Below are positions 1-13,754 of a stretch of 64,000 nucleotides of DNA, piece by piece. The DNA is from Eledone cirrhosa. Lineage: Eukaryota. The translations under genes were made by a program, and so were the position numbers. Position 1 is the stretch's first letter; each line of letters starts with the position of its first letter. The stretch is from NCBI GenBank assembly GCA_964016885.1, contig OZ024740.1, positions 358,918,001-358,982,000 on the forward strand, in the 5' to 3' direction. Below the pieces are notes generated by a model. That model saw only the letters and a list, made by a program, of their open reading frames with translations. It was not told the origin of the DNA and did not search any database.

Positions 1-210
1 AGAGAAGGGGACAAATACAAAGGGGAAAGTTTACATACAATAAAACGTGTAAAATGCTATCACATATGTAATTTAAAAATTAATCGATTTTCCCCAATAG
101 GGGGAGACATTTCATATGGGTAACACATACCCCCGAAAAAATGTGCAACACTCATCTCCAGGAGTACGAAGAGTTTGTACCCCTTTCTTCTCTTCCTCTT
201 TTTCCTCAAC

Positions 211-3200
211 CTACAGGCTGATATAGAGAGAAGGCCCATTCACTCGTGCCATTCTCGCCACTTTCACCCACCTTTCATAAAACTTGCTGATTCTTCTTCC
301 AAAGTGGTATTTGAAAAAAAGAATCAGTTGTTGGCCGGAGAGAAAGGTGTCTGACCTCAGCCCTTTTAACCTCGTCCACCATACAACCTCTTTCGCCATA
401 ACTATCACACAAAGGAAAACCGCCTCTCCTTTGTTTTTGAAGGAGGGTGTCGGTTTGATCATGACAGTGGACTCGGTGGTCAACTGGATTGGTCCCACCC
501 GCGACAATAGTCGTTCTACATAGCCCCACAGGTCGGTAACGCCCGGGCAGTGTATTAATGCGTGCGCGACGGTTTCTTCGTCTCGCACGCATTTCGGACA
601 GATCTTTTTCGAAGGTTCCTTGCCCGGGCGCTCATGTCTGTAGAGCTTGTCTCGAACTGGTAGAGCTCCTCGGTAGCACTTCAGGCCGGGTATATTTGGA
701 AGTTGTCCATCGGTCCCTGGCAGAAGGTCCTACCGAACAGACTGGCCAGTTCGTCTTCCTCTACGCCTAGAGTTTCTCCGAGCGCGTTGTCGTACTTGCT
801 GCGGATCAATCCTCTATAGAATGACGAAGTGAAGTCTCCACTGATCGCCGGGTCCGCCTGCCAGAGGGCTGTGGGCGCCTGAGCACATTCGATGTGCCAG
901 TCGCCCATTTTCCTCGGTCTCTGCTTGACCCAGGACTGCAGCTCGGTCAGCTAGACAAGTCGTGGGAAGGCTCGCGTCACGAACGGAGCCCACACCGGTT
1001 GTCCGGTGAGGAATACGTAGAGATGCCGCAGCCTGAGCGCGTGGTTGCGCATCGTCAGCCACGGCATCCCCAGCCCTCCGTTAGAAGGGTGTTGGCAGCA
1101 GATGGCTCTTCTCACCAAAGGAGGCCGCTTCTTCCAAAGGAATTGGAAGAGCGCGCGCTCCATTTTGGTGAGCGTTTTGGCTGGACAAGGCACGACGGTC
1201 AAGCGGTAGTAGATGGCGGACGCTATAAAAGTGTTCGCCACGTCCGCTCGACCTTTCAAGGATAGATTGCACTCGGCCCACTTCTGGGTGAGTGCAAACA
1301 CCTTGGCCGTCACCTCGTTCCAGTTTTTCTCCACCTGGAGGTCCGGACCAAACCAGACCCCGAGCAGCTTTACCGGTCCTTCCGTTCAGCATCCGACGAC
1401 GTCATCGGAAGGCATCGGTTTGCCTTTCCCCGATCCGAGTTGCAAACAGACGGACTTGTCCCGGTTCAGCTTCGCTCCTGTGAATCTTTCGTATTCCTTC
1501 AATATGGTGCCGACTTCCTCGATTTGCGAGGTGCTCGACACCACTACTGTCGCTTCGTCGGCGTAGGCCGACGCCGCTTTCTGGAGTCCCAGTTCTAGAG
1601 GGATGCCCTGCAGTAGATCCAACTTCCGCAGTAGTGGCTCGAGAGTAAGTACGTACAGAATGGAAGAGAGAGGGCATCCCTGTCGGATGGATCGCGTGAT
1701 ATGGAACGGCTCCGAGAGGTAGCCGTTCACCTTGACCGTTTAGCAGATGTTGCTGTTTTGCATTGCAGTAATCCAGCCCCTGATCACGGGTCCGAAGCCT
1801 GCCGCCTCGAGCAACGCATCCAGGTAACGATGGTCAACCCTATCGAAAGCCTTAGACTGATCCAAGTTGATCAGGGCCCCACCGAAGCCGGGTTTACACC
1901 CTACCCTCTCTATGATGTATTGCATGAGGTGTAGGTTGTCGTGTATGGACCTGGTCGGGATTGCGCATGTCTGCGCTTCTCCCACCAGGTTTTCGACGAC
2001 AAGCGCCAGCCTCTTTGCCAACACCTTGGCCAAAATCTGTAACTCTTTGTTTAGCAGAGTTATGGGCCGGAGGTTGCCTATGTCATCCCCCTTATTCTCA
2101 TCCTTCCTGACTAGTGTGACTACGCTCCTGGACACAGAACTGGGAATTCTCCCGTTCTTCTGCGAGTTGCAGTAGACCGCTTCCAGGAGACCGGAGAACA
2201 AGTCCGACATTGCTATGTAAAATTCGTAGAGTAGACCGTCGAGACCCGGAGATTTGCGTTTGCCGTATTGGCTCAACGCGTCCCCTATCTCAGCGGCTGA
2301 AATCGGCTTTTCGCAGAACTTCGTCTCGCTGTCCAAGAGTCGCGGTAGGCCGTCGAGGTATGGACCGAAATCGATAGCCCCTCCCGGCGCGCCGGTCTGC
2401 CCGAACAGCTGAGCAAAGTGCCGCTGAAAGGCCGCGCACATCTGCTTCGGCTCACGTATCACGCGTCCGTCTTGGTCCTTCAAAGACCGAATCGTGGACT
2501 TGTTGCCACTTTTCGCCTCCGTCACCGGGGCTCAGCTAACAGCTTTGGCTCCCTCGTTACCCAGGGCACGCATTTTGCTTCTGACAACGCAGCCCTCGTG
2601 CTTTGCGTCGAAGAACCGGTCCAAGGCCGTTCTCTTTGCTAGCACGCTGGTTACGTTGCCACTTCTAATTGCCTCTTCTACTTTATATACCAGTTCCTTC
2701 TCGGTCCTATTGCTATCTAACGCTAATTCTTTACTAAAAACTCACGAGTCTAATCTAACTGCCCTCTGGAGAGCGTTTCAAATTGGCCGATTAACTGTTT
2801 GAGGCTGTTACACTCCCCTTTATCGGGACATGCTCCCGCATAGTCCCAACGTGCATCTAGGATTCCATTCCAGTCCCCCACTAAAAGCAAGGAGTGGGAC
2901 GTTCCCAGAAAAGTCTCTAGACGTTTGAAGAAGTTTGGCCGTGGTGTCCCGTCAACGTCTAGGACCACCAGTCGACTCTCTGGGTCCAGATGTACCGTCT
3001 GTGTTACGAGGTCCAGGTGTTTCCGCAGCAAAACGGCAACCCCGCCCCCACCTCCCGGCTGACAGAGAGATGCGTAGATCTCAAAGTCGTCGAAGATGGG
3101 GGCCAGCTGTCGCTGCTGTGGATCCTGGACTCGCAAATGGCTACTACATCCATACTCTGCGACCTGAGGTCGTTTAAGAGTTTGCCCTGTATCCAGGGCA

Positions 3201-3246
3201 TCCCCAGGCCGCGTACATTCATACATCCAACTCTTATATTGGCCAT
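211..3246 (-). pseudogene. ORF2 (AP endonuclease + reverse transcriptase + C-terminal Cys/His motif), multiple stops/frameshifts
   Basis: GCMNVRGL, LVGDWNGILD, KSPGLDGL, RPITLLN, LDQSKAFDRVDH, IRQGCPLS, AYADE (catalytic YADD mutated), ETVAHALIHC. Confidence 0.92.
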
Positions 3247-4097
3247 GTTGGTGCTGAAAATTTAAAAGAAGAGGAAAAGAAATCACTCACCTCTTCGTCT
3301 CCTGGGGACCAGGCTGCACGATTTCCATGGGGGTGTTGGAGGGGTTGTCTGGGTGGGTGGTGGTTTCCGGCGGGGTGGGGACGGAGATATTTTGTGGGAA
3401 GGGGGTGTCTGGTGGGATGGGTTGTCTGGGGTGGGGGAGACATTTGAGAAGGACGCGGTTAAGTGGTTTCACGCAGGAATCCCCCACAACCTTTTCAAAT
3501 GTTTCTTTTAGGGACCTATAAGTTTGTATAGGGATCCTAATCAGTTTTAGGTTCAGTTTTTTGTTATTTTTATTAGAGTGGGCGAAAGTTTTCCCTTCGG
3601 TTTTCACCGAAGGGTTGTTCGTGATGGTCTCCATTAGTGTTTTGTTTTCAGTGTTTATGTATGTGTAAGTGTAATTTTCTTCTGTTTGTTTTTGTCTGTA
3701 GTTCCTGTGTGTGCTTTCGTTTTGTTGTAGGTATTTTGTTTTCAGGAGGTGGGGGTTCTGTTTGTGATGTTTTTATTGTTTATGTTGATGGTTGTATGTT
3801 TGTGGTAGTGTTGCTGGGTTTTTGTTTTTGTGGTGTCTTTTTTTTCTTTCGAACGATGGGGTTCTCCCTCGTCTTCACTGGGTGATGACGAGATAGCCTC
3901 ATCTGTTGTATCGTCTGTGTGATTGGGGAGCTGTTGTGTCTGTATGTGATTTTGCAGTGGTTTTAGGTGGTGTGGGGTTGGGTGGGACTGTGTTTGTTGT
4001 GGTTATTATTGTGTGTTGGTGTTGTTGTTGTTGTGGTGGTGGTGGTTGTGTTATTTTGATGGGTGTCGGCAGAAGAGTCTTTTTTTTTACTTTATGG

Positions 4098-4218
4098 TCC
4101 GAGTTCAAATCCCGCCGAGGTTAACTTTGCCTTTTATCCTTACGGGATCGATAAAAGGAAGTACCAGTAATACACTGGTATAATTGCTGGCCTTGTGCCA
4201 AAAGAAGAAACAATTATT
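4098..4218 (+). mobile_element. Nin-domain tRNA-derived SINE, 5'-truncated
   Basis: B box gagttcaaatcc followed by ggttaactttgccttttatccttacgggatcgataaaa; matches other copies in window. Confidence 0.8.
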
Positions 4219-4874
4219 AGAGGGGAAGGCTGCTATGGTAGTAATCATAGAGTCACCTTTCCATTTTCTTCTTCTGGCAAGGAAATTGTTTTCTTTTCCG
4301 TCATTCCTTCAGAATTGGCGAAAGTTGTGGTTGTAGTAGAAGATATAATGTCTTTTTTTTTACGATCTCCTTTCCATCCAAGAGCGTTCTCTGTTTAACG
4401 AAGGCAGCATTTCTGACATTTTAAAATTTTCACAAATAGTTTTTATTTTTATTTATTTTTAGATTGGAAAATAAATGTTTGCCCCTAAGAGCTGAAATTT
4501 AGAAAAAAAACGCCCTGGAGTTTCAGGTTGTTGGTTTATCTTTAAAATAATGTAAAAAAATTTGCAAAAATCAGAATTTTTACCAGAAAATTTAAACAAA
4601 AACTCACCAGCGAATCATCACACGTCTACCTACGTGGATGATAGATAGATTTGTAGATAGATATATTTCTTTATTTGCCACAAGGGCGCACATGAAAAGA
4701 GGACAATACAAAGACACATGCCGGTGATTTTACATATAATCGTGTAAAAATATTATTAAAACAAGTAAATTTAACAATCGAAATCCACAATAGGAGGGAG
4801 GCGTTAGAACAACCCTCAACTCCAGGAGCGTGTTGTGCAAGTGTTCTTTTCTTCCTTTTGCTCTCATCTTCAAC

Positions 4875-7800
4875 CTACAGGTTTATATACAGAGAAGGCC
4901 CAATCACTCGGACCATTTTTGTTACATTCACCCACCTTTCAGTAAATTTACTGGGGTGCAATGCCTCTCTCACCACTCTGATTCTCCTTCTAAAGTGGTA
5001 CCTAAAGAAGGGAATGAGTTGTTGTCCGGAGAGAAAGGCATCTGTCCTCAGTCCTCTCAATCTCGTCCACCATATAATCTCTTTTACCATAGCCACTATA
5101 CAGAGGAAAACCGCCTCTCTTTCGCTTTTGAAAGAAGTTGGCGGTTTGATCCTTACTATAGACTCAGCAGTCAACTGGATTTGTCCCATACGTGACAGCA
5201 GTTGTTCTGCGTAGTTCCACAGGTCGGTTATGCCCGGGCAGTGTACAATTGCGTGCAAGACGGTTTCAATGTCCTGCTCGCATCTTGGACACGTCCTCTT
5301 GGAAGGATCCCTGCCGAGGCGTCCGTGCCTGTAGATCTTGTCTAAAACTAGTAGAGCTCCTCGGTAGCACTGCCAGACAGACTGGGGAGCTCGTCATCTT
5401 CGACGCCCAGAGTCTCCCCGAGCACGTCGTCACACTTGTAACGTACTAACCCTCTATAGAATATCGAAGTGGAGTCTCCACTGATTGCCGTGCCCGCTTG
5501 AAAGAGGACTGTGAGCGCCTGAGCGCATTCAATGTGCCAAGCGCCAATTTTCGTCGGTCACCGCTTGACCCAGGACTGCAATTCCGCCAACGAGACAAGT
5601 TGCGGGAAGGCCTATCTCATAAACGGGGCCCACACCGGTTGTTCGGTGAGGAATACCTGGCGATGCCGTAGCCTCAGCGTGTGTTTGCGCATCATCAGCC
5701 ACGACATTCCCAGCCCACCGTTGGAAGGGTGTTGAAAGCAGACGGATCTCCTCACCAGTGGAGCCTGCTTCTTCCAAAGGAACTGGAAGAGCATGCGTTG
5801 CATCTTGGTGTGGTATTCACGGGGACAAGGCACGACGGTCAAGCGGTATTAGATGACGGACGCTATGAAAGTCCACTCGACTTTTCAAGGATAGTTTGTA
5901 CTATGCCCACTTCTGGGTGAGCGCAAATACCTTGGCCGTGACCTCGTTCCAGTTTTTCTCCACCTGGAGGACCGGACCTTACCAGACCCCGAGCAATTTC
6001 ACAGGTCCTTCCGTCCAGCGTCCGACAACGCTGTCGGACGGCATCGGTTTGCCTCTCCACGTTCCGAGTTGCAAACCGACAGACTTATCTGGGTTCAGTT
6101 TTGCTCCTTGAGCCCTTCGTATTCCTGCAGTAAGTTGCCGATCGCCCCGATTTCCGAGGTTCTCGACACCATTACTGTCACGTCGTCGGCTTATGCCGCT
6201 TTCTGCAGTCTCGGTTCCAACGGGATGCCCTGCAGAAGCTCCAACTTCCGCGTAGAGGCTCTAGAGTCAATACATACAGAATGGAGGAGAGAGGGCAAAT
6301 CTGTTGAATGGAACGTGTGATTGCGAACGGCTCCGCTATGTAGCCGTTCACCTTGACCGTCGAGCAGATGTTGGTGTGCATTGTTTTGATCCACCCTCTG
6401 AGACGGGTCCGAAACCGGCCGCCTTGAGAACCGCTTCCAAGTATTGATGGTCGACCCTATCGAACGCCTTAGACTGATCTAAATTGGTCAGAGCCCCATC
6501 GAAGCCGGGTTTACACCCCACCCTCTCTATGGTGTATCGCATGAGGTAGAGGTTGTCGTGGATGGGCCTGGTTGGAATTACACACGTTTGAGCTTTTCCC
6601 ACCAGGTTCTCGACGACAAGCGCCAGCCTCGTTGCTAACACCTTGGCCAAAATCTTTAAATATGTGTTGAGCAGAGTTATGGGCCTAAAGTTGCTTAGTT
6701 CGTCCCCCTTGTTCTCGTCTTTCCTGATCAGCGTTACTACACCCTTGCCAACAGAACTGGGAATTCTCCCGTTCTTCTGCCAGTTGCACTAGACGACTTC
6801 GAGAACGCCAGATAACAAGTCCGGCATGTCTATGTAAAACTCATAGGGTAGACCATCTAGACCATGCTCGAGAGACGCGGCAAGCCGTCGACGTATGCAC
6901 CGAAGTCCATTGCCCCGTTCGACGCACCGCCGCTCTGCTCGAACAGTTGCGCAAAGTACCGCTGAAAGGCCGTGCACATCCGCTTGGGGTCAAGTAGCAC
7001 GCGTCCGTTTTGGTCTTTCAAAGATCGAATCATGGATTTGTTGTCACTTTTCGCCTCTGCCACTCGGTCCCAACTAACAGCTTTTACTCCCTCGTTTCCT
7101 AGAACATGTGATCTACTGACCACGCAGCCTTCCTGTTTCGCATCGAAGAACTGGTCTAGTGCCGTTATCGTTGCTAACACACTAGCTGCGTTGCCACTCC
7201 TAAGCGCCTCCTCTACCTTGGCTCCTAGTTCTCTTTCTGTCTTGTTTTTCTCTAAGGCTAGTTCTTTGCTAAAGGCTATCGACTCTACTCTAATTGCTCT
7301 CTTGAGAGAGTACCACCCTCTATTGTTGACGATGGCTCCCGTCAACTGTTACTTAACTAATTTACTTGTCCGTCTACTGTAGGCTTTACGCGTCGGTAAC
7401 GACATGTTCAGCTTCCAGTATTCGGGTCCTTGTCTATGTGTTCTATCATGGTTGACTATGCAGGTGACTAGTTTGTGGTCTGAATAAGCAACTATGTACA
7501 TTTGTGGGCAGCTTAATATTTTCCTCTCTCTAATGAAGAACCTATCTAAATACGATCTAGATGTCCCGCAAAGATTTGTCCACGTCCACTGTGGTGCAGT
7601 CAGGAAATCTAGTCGATACCTATCGGCCTGTTGGAATTGGCCGATTAAAATTTTGAGGCTGTTGCACCCTTCTCTACTGGGACATGTTCCTACATAGTCC
7701 AAACGTGCGTCTAGGATACCATTCCAGTCCCCCACTAAAAGCAAGGAGTGAGACGTTCCCAGAAATCTGTCCACAATTGCCCAGTCGGGGCATAAACGGC

Positions 7801-8127
7801 CACTAGTCTGAAGGCTCCACCTCCAATACTGTTCACGTCTAGGACTACCAGTCTACCCTCCGGGTCCAAGTGTATATGCTGTATTTCGAGGTCCAGTTTT
7901 TTCCGAAACACAACAACCACTCCCCCTCCACCTCCTGACTGACAGGGAGATGCGTAGATCTCAAAGTCATTAAAGATGGGGATTAGTTGCTGCTTGTTGT
8001 GGATCCTGGACTCGGTGATGGCTATCACATCCATTCCGTATGACTTAAGGTCGTTTAAAAGTTGGCCCTGTCTCCGGGGCATCCCTAGGCCACGCACATT
8101 CACACTTCCGACTCGTAAATTAGCCAT
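4875..8127 (-). pseudogene. ORF2 (APE-RT) of Tx1-like copy 2, disrupted
   Basis: MANLRVGSVNVRGL, VIAITES, SYLDRFF, YSDHK, YWKLN, LDQSKAFDRVDH, HAIVHC. Confidence 0.92.
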
Positions 8128-8169
8128 GTTGGTGGAGAAGAGTTGGCGAAAAGGACGAAAAGATGCACT

Positions 8170-9593
8170 TACCTTTTCGTTTCCTGTCCTGGAGATTGGG
8201 TTGTTCAATCTCCATTTCGTTGTTGTTGGGGGTGTTGGGTGGGGTGGGGAAACGTTTCAATAGGACCGGTTTAAGGGTTTTTGGAAGGGATTTCCGACGT
8301 CCCGCGAAAATAGTTCCTTTAGTTTCTGGTAGGTTTCCATCGAAACCCTTATCAGTTTTAGGTGTGGTGCAGCGTCTGACTTGACAAAGGTTTTCCCCTC
8401 AGTTTATACTTTGGGGTCTTGGGAGATGACCCCCATCAGGTTTTTGTTGTTTGTGTTAATGTATGTGTATTGTTGTTTGTTTTTTTGTTGTGTTGTTTTG
8501 GTTCGTTGTTGGGCATTTGTGTTTGGGGTAGTGTTGGTGTTTGTTTTGCTGGGGAGGGGGGTGATTGTGGTGGTGTTTGTGTTGTTGTTTGTGTTGGTGG
8601 TTGTATGTTTGTGTTGGTGATTGGCGTTTTTGTGACTTTGCGGTATCTCTTTTTTTTCCGAGGCTCTCCTTCATCTTCACTTGGGGGTAGAGAAGTAGTC
8701 TCGTCTGACGATGAATAGTCATCAGGGGCGTGTGGGAGGGGTATGTTGTGTGGGGATGGTGTGTTTGTGTGTTTGATTGTGGTAGTGTTGGATGGAGTGG
8801 GATGGGGTGGGTCGGTGTTTTTCAGGGGAATTGTTTGTGTTTTCTCTGTTGTTTGTGGTTGAGCAGTTGTTTGTTTTTGTGTGTTTGCTTGTTTTGTGTG
8901 TTGCTTTTGTTGTGGTTTTGGAGTTGGTGTTGGTAAAAGTACTTTTTTTTTTGGGGGGGGGGGGGGTATTTGTTCGTAAGCGGGGACAGGATGCCTTTAA
9001 ATGCGATGTGCTTGCGCATTTAAAACAATGTCTTCTGCCGAAATGTGTATATAGTTTGTATTGTCTAGTGGCACTCTTTCTGGTATCTTGGAAATTCTGT
9101 CCGGTTTCATTTGGACCAAAATTTCTAAGCTTGTGCCGTTCCAGGTGTTTCTTGTGGATTTTTGAATCGACAGTATTGTGTCTTCATCTTCCTCCAAGAA
9201 CCCTGCCAGAATCCACCAGATATTAATGTTGGGTGCTATGTTGGAAATGTTTATTTTTTGTGTCCCTTTTCCCATGTATGTAGGGAAAAAGGTGTGTGTG
9301 GCAGAGGTAACCGGGGTTACTGAGTATTTTTTCGCAAAGGACTCACTTTTGAAGAGTACCGAAATGCTTCCACATAGTTTAGCTCTTTGTATGAAGTGTA
9401 TGTGCGGCATTGCCTCTTTCAAGACGATTTTAATTTCGCCTTGAGTAAGGAAAGCCGGGTTTTTTGGTGTGTTCGAAATCGTGCAAAAAATCACAGTCCT
9501 TCGCATTGTGTCGGCTTTGATTTGTGGCGGAGAGGTGATTTTAAATCCCCCTTTTTCCTCGAAGGTAACATATTTTTTTCCTTCATTGATCAT
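8170..9593 (-). pseudogene. ORF1 of Tx1-like copy 2, frameshifted
   Basis: 198-aa N-terminal ORF (8997-9593) resembles ORF1 of copy 3 (PTYMG vs PSYCG, WILAG vs WLMAA, GTSLEILVQ vs GSGMELLIQ), then low-complexity tail. Confidence 0.75.
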
Positions 9594-10959
9594 TTCTTTT
9601 GCATTGAAAATATCGATATTTGTAAAACTTCCTTTGCTTATTGTGGCAAAATATTTTTTATGGTTGCTGTTGCTGTTGTTGTCATTGTTGTCGTTGTTGT
9701 TGTTGTTATTGTTGTTTTTGCAAAATTAATATTCAACGAGTCACTTTGGCCTTAAAAAATAAACAGAAAAGCTATGACCACCTTTCACTTATTTAGTCGA
9801 GCCAGCATTTTCCTCGCACTTTTGCGACCTGACCTTTGGTAGAACTCCACTGCATCAGTTGTAGGTGGTGATAGTATTTGTTCTGAGTACGTCGCTGTTT
9901 AAACAGGCCTAAAATCAAAGGGATTCTACCTGGGTCCTTCTGTAATTTTATATATCTGCGATAACACTGCTCAATGAGTTCGTCTATTTTAAGTAAGGTG
10001 ACATTTGAGAATGATATAACTGTTAGTAGATAGAGTGAACTAGTAAAGATTCAATCATTGGCTCGTGTGAAACCCTTAATACGGTAGTGTTTTTTAGCTA
10101 GATAATCATTGGATCCTTTGAAGCATTTTAAAACTGTGTTGGCTTCGAACACAAATTTTCGCTAGTAAAGTTATACAAACCAATAACTCTTTACATTTTA
10201 GCCATGCACAATATAGAAATGCTACCAATCGATTATTATTAAATGTAAATTATTTCATCGTCTTTTAGGCTATTAACCCATTCACGCAAATCAGCACAAC
10301 ATGCTAACTAGACATTTTTCCACACGTTAATGCACATAACCCGAAGAACGATATTATAATTATGTTATGAACGTTTCCTTGCAAGGAAATTAAAAATAAA
10401 TTTAATGAAGCTATAATATTAGTTTTATTTGTTTTTTATCACTTCTATAAATGATCTGGAATTATTGTAATAGTTTCTTGCATTTTCATATTGTTTACGA
10501 TATTGCTTTCATTTCATCATGCTCCGGTCTTTAGAATATTAATCGATGTTTTTAATAATAGTCTATTTTATGTAATTAAAATGCGGGTGTGTAAATGACA
10601 CGTTTGAAAATATTTACTGAACTTACATTTTAACATTAATTGAATAACATTCCAATAAAGTACCAGTAATGTACTGAGTAATTGTGGCCTTGTGCCAAAA
10701 GTAGAAACAATTAATTGAATAACATTTCAAACAATTTTTTATATAAATTCTGGAACGCCTCCATAAATGATTGAAAAATCCATGTACCCATAAATATACC
10801 TTGGAATTGTTTGGCAAACTTTACACAAATGAATCAGGTCTAATTCATTGTTTTTTCTAAACAGAGTTGAAAAATTTAATAGAATAGTGCGATCGGAGTA
10901 ATAATTCAACCAACAAGCTTCTTTGAAAAGTAATGAAATGTGAAACTCAGAAGAACAGT

Positions 10960-11950
10960 TCACAGACCGTATCAAATTCTGCCTTTGCTCAGCCACTCCG
11001 GTATTTCTTCCCCATTTCCTATCAAGACGTTAAACTGTATGTTTTCGTTTGGTAATTCTTATCAATTTCCTTGTGAACCCGCCCAAACACTCCGGTACTA
11101 TGATACTTGCTACTCTAAGTAAATTGTTGGTCGCAGTAATTACTGGATTCGTTCACTTTCATTGTCTCCTGTTTCAATTTCCACTGATTGACCTTCCTTG
11201 GATTTCAGATACAATTGTACTCTTCACTAAGTTTTGCTATTATCTTATCGCGCAAATATTTCTGTTCCCGTATAAACTTTCTTCTTCAAACTCATTCATC
11301 TCATTGTGGAGAACCTCCTCATGTATCAATACAAGCAGCTTCATTTACATTTCCTTCACTTGTCATATTTCCATCTTCTCTTTTTCCGGATTCTTCAGAA
11401 CTTTCCTTTATTGTTTTCTAATAAAATCAAGCTCTACATAATTTAGCCACCCATTCTTTCTCATCGCCCTAGCTTGATCGCATATTCTCTGTTCAGTTGT
11501 TTCAAACATTCCCATTTCCTTCCATTGCCTGTGCATCTGTGTTCTGTATCCTCTTATCGGATATGCAAGTAGTAGCATTACATGATTACAACTTTCATTT
11601 GTTTGTTCCAACTCAGTCTTGCTTTTGGCTAGCAGTTGCTAGTTGACAACCGGGCCCACCCTGCTGCATAGCAGGACACCTGCCAGACGTGACACCTCCA
11701 CGACTTTTGGTTTCAGAATCGTTATTTACTACAATAGTATTTTGAGTCTTCACACAAATTTGAGTGATGTTTTATGGTTTCCACTAACCAGTATTTTATT
11801 CATGACTCCGTCAATAATAAGATTTCTTATAAACCTGGTTTGATTTTGGCGTTTCTGTCAACTAGAAGGGTTGTCATTTAAGAATAAACAGCCCCTCATG
11901 TCTATCCCCCGCCGGACGCTAACTCGGTATTTGGTGGTCACGGATCATTT
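10960..11950 (-). mobile_element. R4/Dong-like RLE retrotransposon 5' remnant, internally deleted
   Basis: GYRTQMHRQWKEMGMFETTEQRICDQARAMRKNGWL N-terminal motif; IPEWLSKG RT-start motif near 11000; 5' UTR motif shared with 55498-55544. Confidence 0.75.
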
Positions 11951-12169
11951 GCTTTTGTTTTTCTTTTTGATGTGGTTGACCGTGTTTTATTATGCCTGCT
12001 ATTGTTTTGTACCTCACCCCGTTTTATTTATTCAATTTATTATTATTATTTCCTCAAAGAAGCTTTCTAGATTGCATAATTGCTATTAATATATTTTTGA
12101 TTCAATTGAGTGTCTTCTTTCCTTGCAACGTTGGGATTTGTACAAATATGAGAAATAAATACTATAATA

Positions 12170-12340
12170 TTTGTTTCTACGTTTGGCACAAGGCCAGCAA
12201 TAACCCAGTACATTACTGGTACTTTATTTTATCGACCCAGTAAGGATGAAAAGCAAAGTTAACCTCGGCGGGATTTGAATTCAGAATGCAAGGGCCGTAA
12301 CTCTATGCGTCAAAGCATGGCGTCCGACCCTCTACCAATA
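12170..12340 (-). mobile_element. Nin-domain tRNA SINE
   Basis: tactttattttatcgacccagtaaggatgaaaagcaaagttaacctcggcgggatttgaa core. Confidence 0.8.
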
Positions 12341-13324
12341 CCATAATAATATGTCCCGATTGTAGTGGGTTGGTAAATGTCATTACAAGATAGCACTAAT
12401 TCATTGTGACTAATGGAGATAATTATTTTATGTAATTACTTGAAATGCATTTAAATGAAATAATTGTAAAATACTCTTTTAAAAAGGGTAGAATTTATTT
12501 TCAAATATTTGTTTATTTGAATATTCTCTATCAATATAAATAGCACTCAAAGTAAACAATCGAGAGGAAGATAGAGGAAAGGTTAAAATGTTATTATTAG
12601 ACAATAACTATATCTCCGGAAGCTAGAACTAGATTTTTTTCTGGGAAAAAAACCCAGTAAATGTCACTTTCGACGGCACAAGAACATAATTAAAAAGTAC
12701 TAAAGAAATTATCTTTTGAAGACTAATGTGAAAGCTAACTATGTCTAAGAGAGTAAAGATAAACATGCTTACTCAATTACTTTTTCAGGAAGTAGATCTA
12801 TGATGAAAAATATTCCGGCCATACCATGCCCCCTATTTGTTTCAGGCACTAGCTAAATTTATTCAATGTCTCTTTTTGTTACTTGTCTACTGAGGATGAT
12901 TTTGTCTGTGATATCTAACAGATGACGGAACTGATTGAAGGGTCTCAGTCCTAACGATTTTAATATGAAATATTAATTACTTTAAATAACGTATCGAAAA
13001 TGATATTGTGAATTCGTCAATATTGTGAATTCGAGGCACATGCCCACATTTTTTCGGAAGGTTTGTAATTAAATCAACCAAAGTACCAGATAACTATTGA
13101 TCTTAACTACTCATAAAAGATCAAGGATAAATTCAGGTATAATAACATAGGCGAACAAATGGTCGTATGCTTAAGAAGTCCGCTTCTAACAACGTGGCTT
13201 TGAAAAGTGTTTTTCTCCTATAACCTCAAATAGACCAAACCATTGTGAGGGACACATTATTATAGTACTGATCAATGGAAACTGTACTGAAAAACATGGT
13301 ATATGAATGTATATGTATATAAAA

Positions 13325-13625
13325 GGTAAAAAACACCCTTCGGTTAGGAATGACCATAGGTTTTGCACCCAGAAAGTTCCCCTCCGAGGTACAAATCCGG
13401 GCAAGGTTGTTTGTGGTTGACCAGCAGTCACCCATGGATAACAGTCTCCCCTCTGTTGTACGAGGTAAAGACAAAGGCCGATACAGTTTGGCACCAGTAA
13501 CGTCGCAACGCATTTGAGTGAACTGGGACAGCGTGAAAGAAAGTGCTTTGCTCAAGAACACAACGCAAAGCCCGAGAATCAAACTCACAACCTCACGATT
13601 GTAAGCCCGACGCTCTAACCACTAA
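13325..13625 (-). mobile_element. tRNA-derived SINE, second family
   Basis: Minus strand begins ttagtggttagagcgtcgggc...gtgagtttgattctcgg (A/B-box-like) then tgtgttcttgagcaaagcactt. Confidence 0.65.
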
Positions 13626-13754
13626 TCCATTTGTCTTCACATATATATGTGTGTGTCTGTGTGGGTGTGGGTGTGGGTGTATGTGTGTATGTGTGCGCGC
13701 GTGTGTGTGTGTTTGTTTGTGTGTGTGTATGTATGTATGTCTATATATATATGT

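Larger units (their letters stand above)
1..4640 (-). mobile_element. Tx1-like L1-clade non-LTR retrotransposon, copy 1 (decayed; 3' end runs off window start; ORF1 partly deleted and interrupted by a SINE)
   Basis: ORF2 fragments in APE-RT-zinc finger order; Pro/Thr/Lys-rich ORF1 remnant ~3290-4080; 4220-4640 tentatively assigned as 5' UTR/ORF1 start. Confidence 0.85.
4640..9870 (-). mobile_element. Tx1-like L1-clade retrotransposon, copy 2 (near full length, decayed)
   Basis: ORF1 remnant ~8170-9593, ORF2 4875-8127, 3' AATAAA followed by (TATC)n-like tail at ~4640-4675. Confidence 0.88.
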
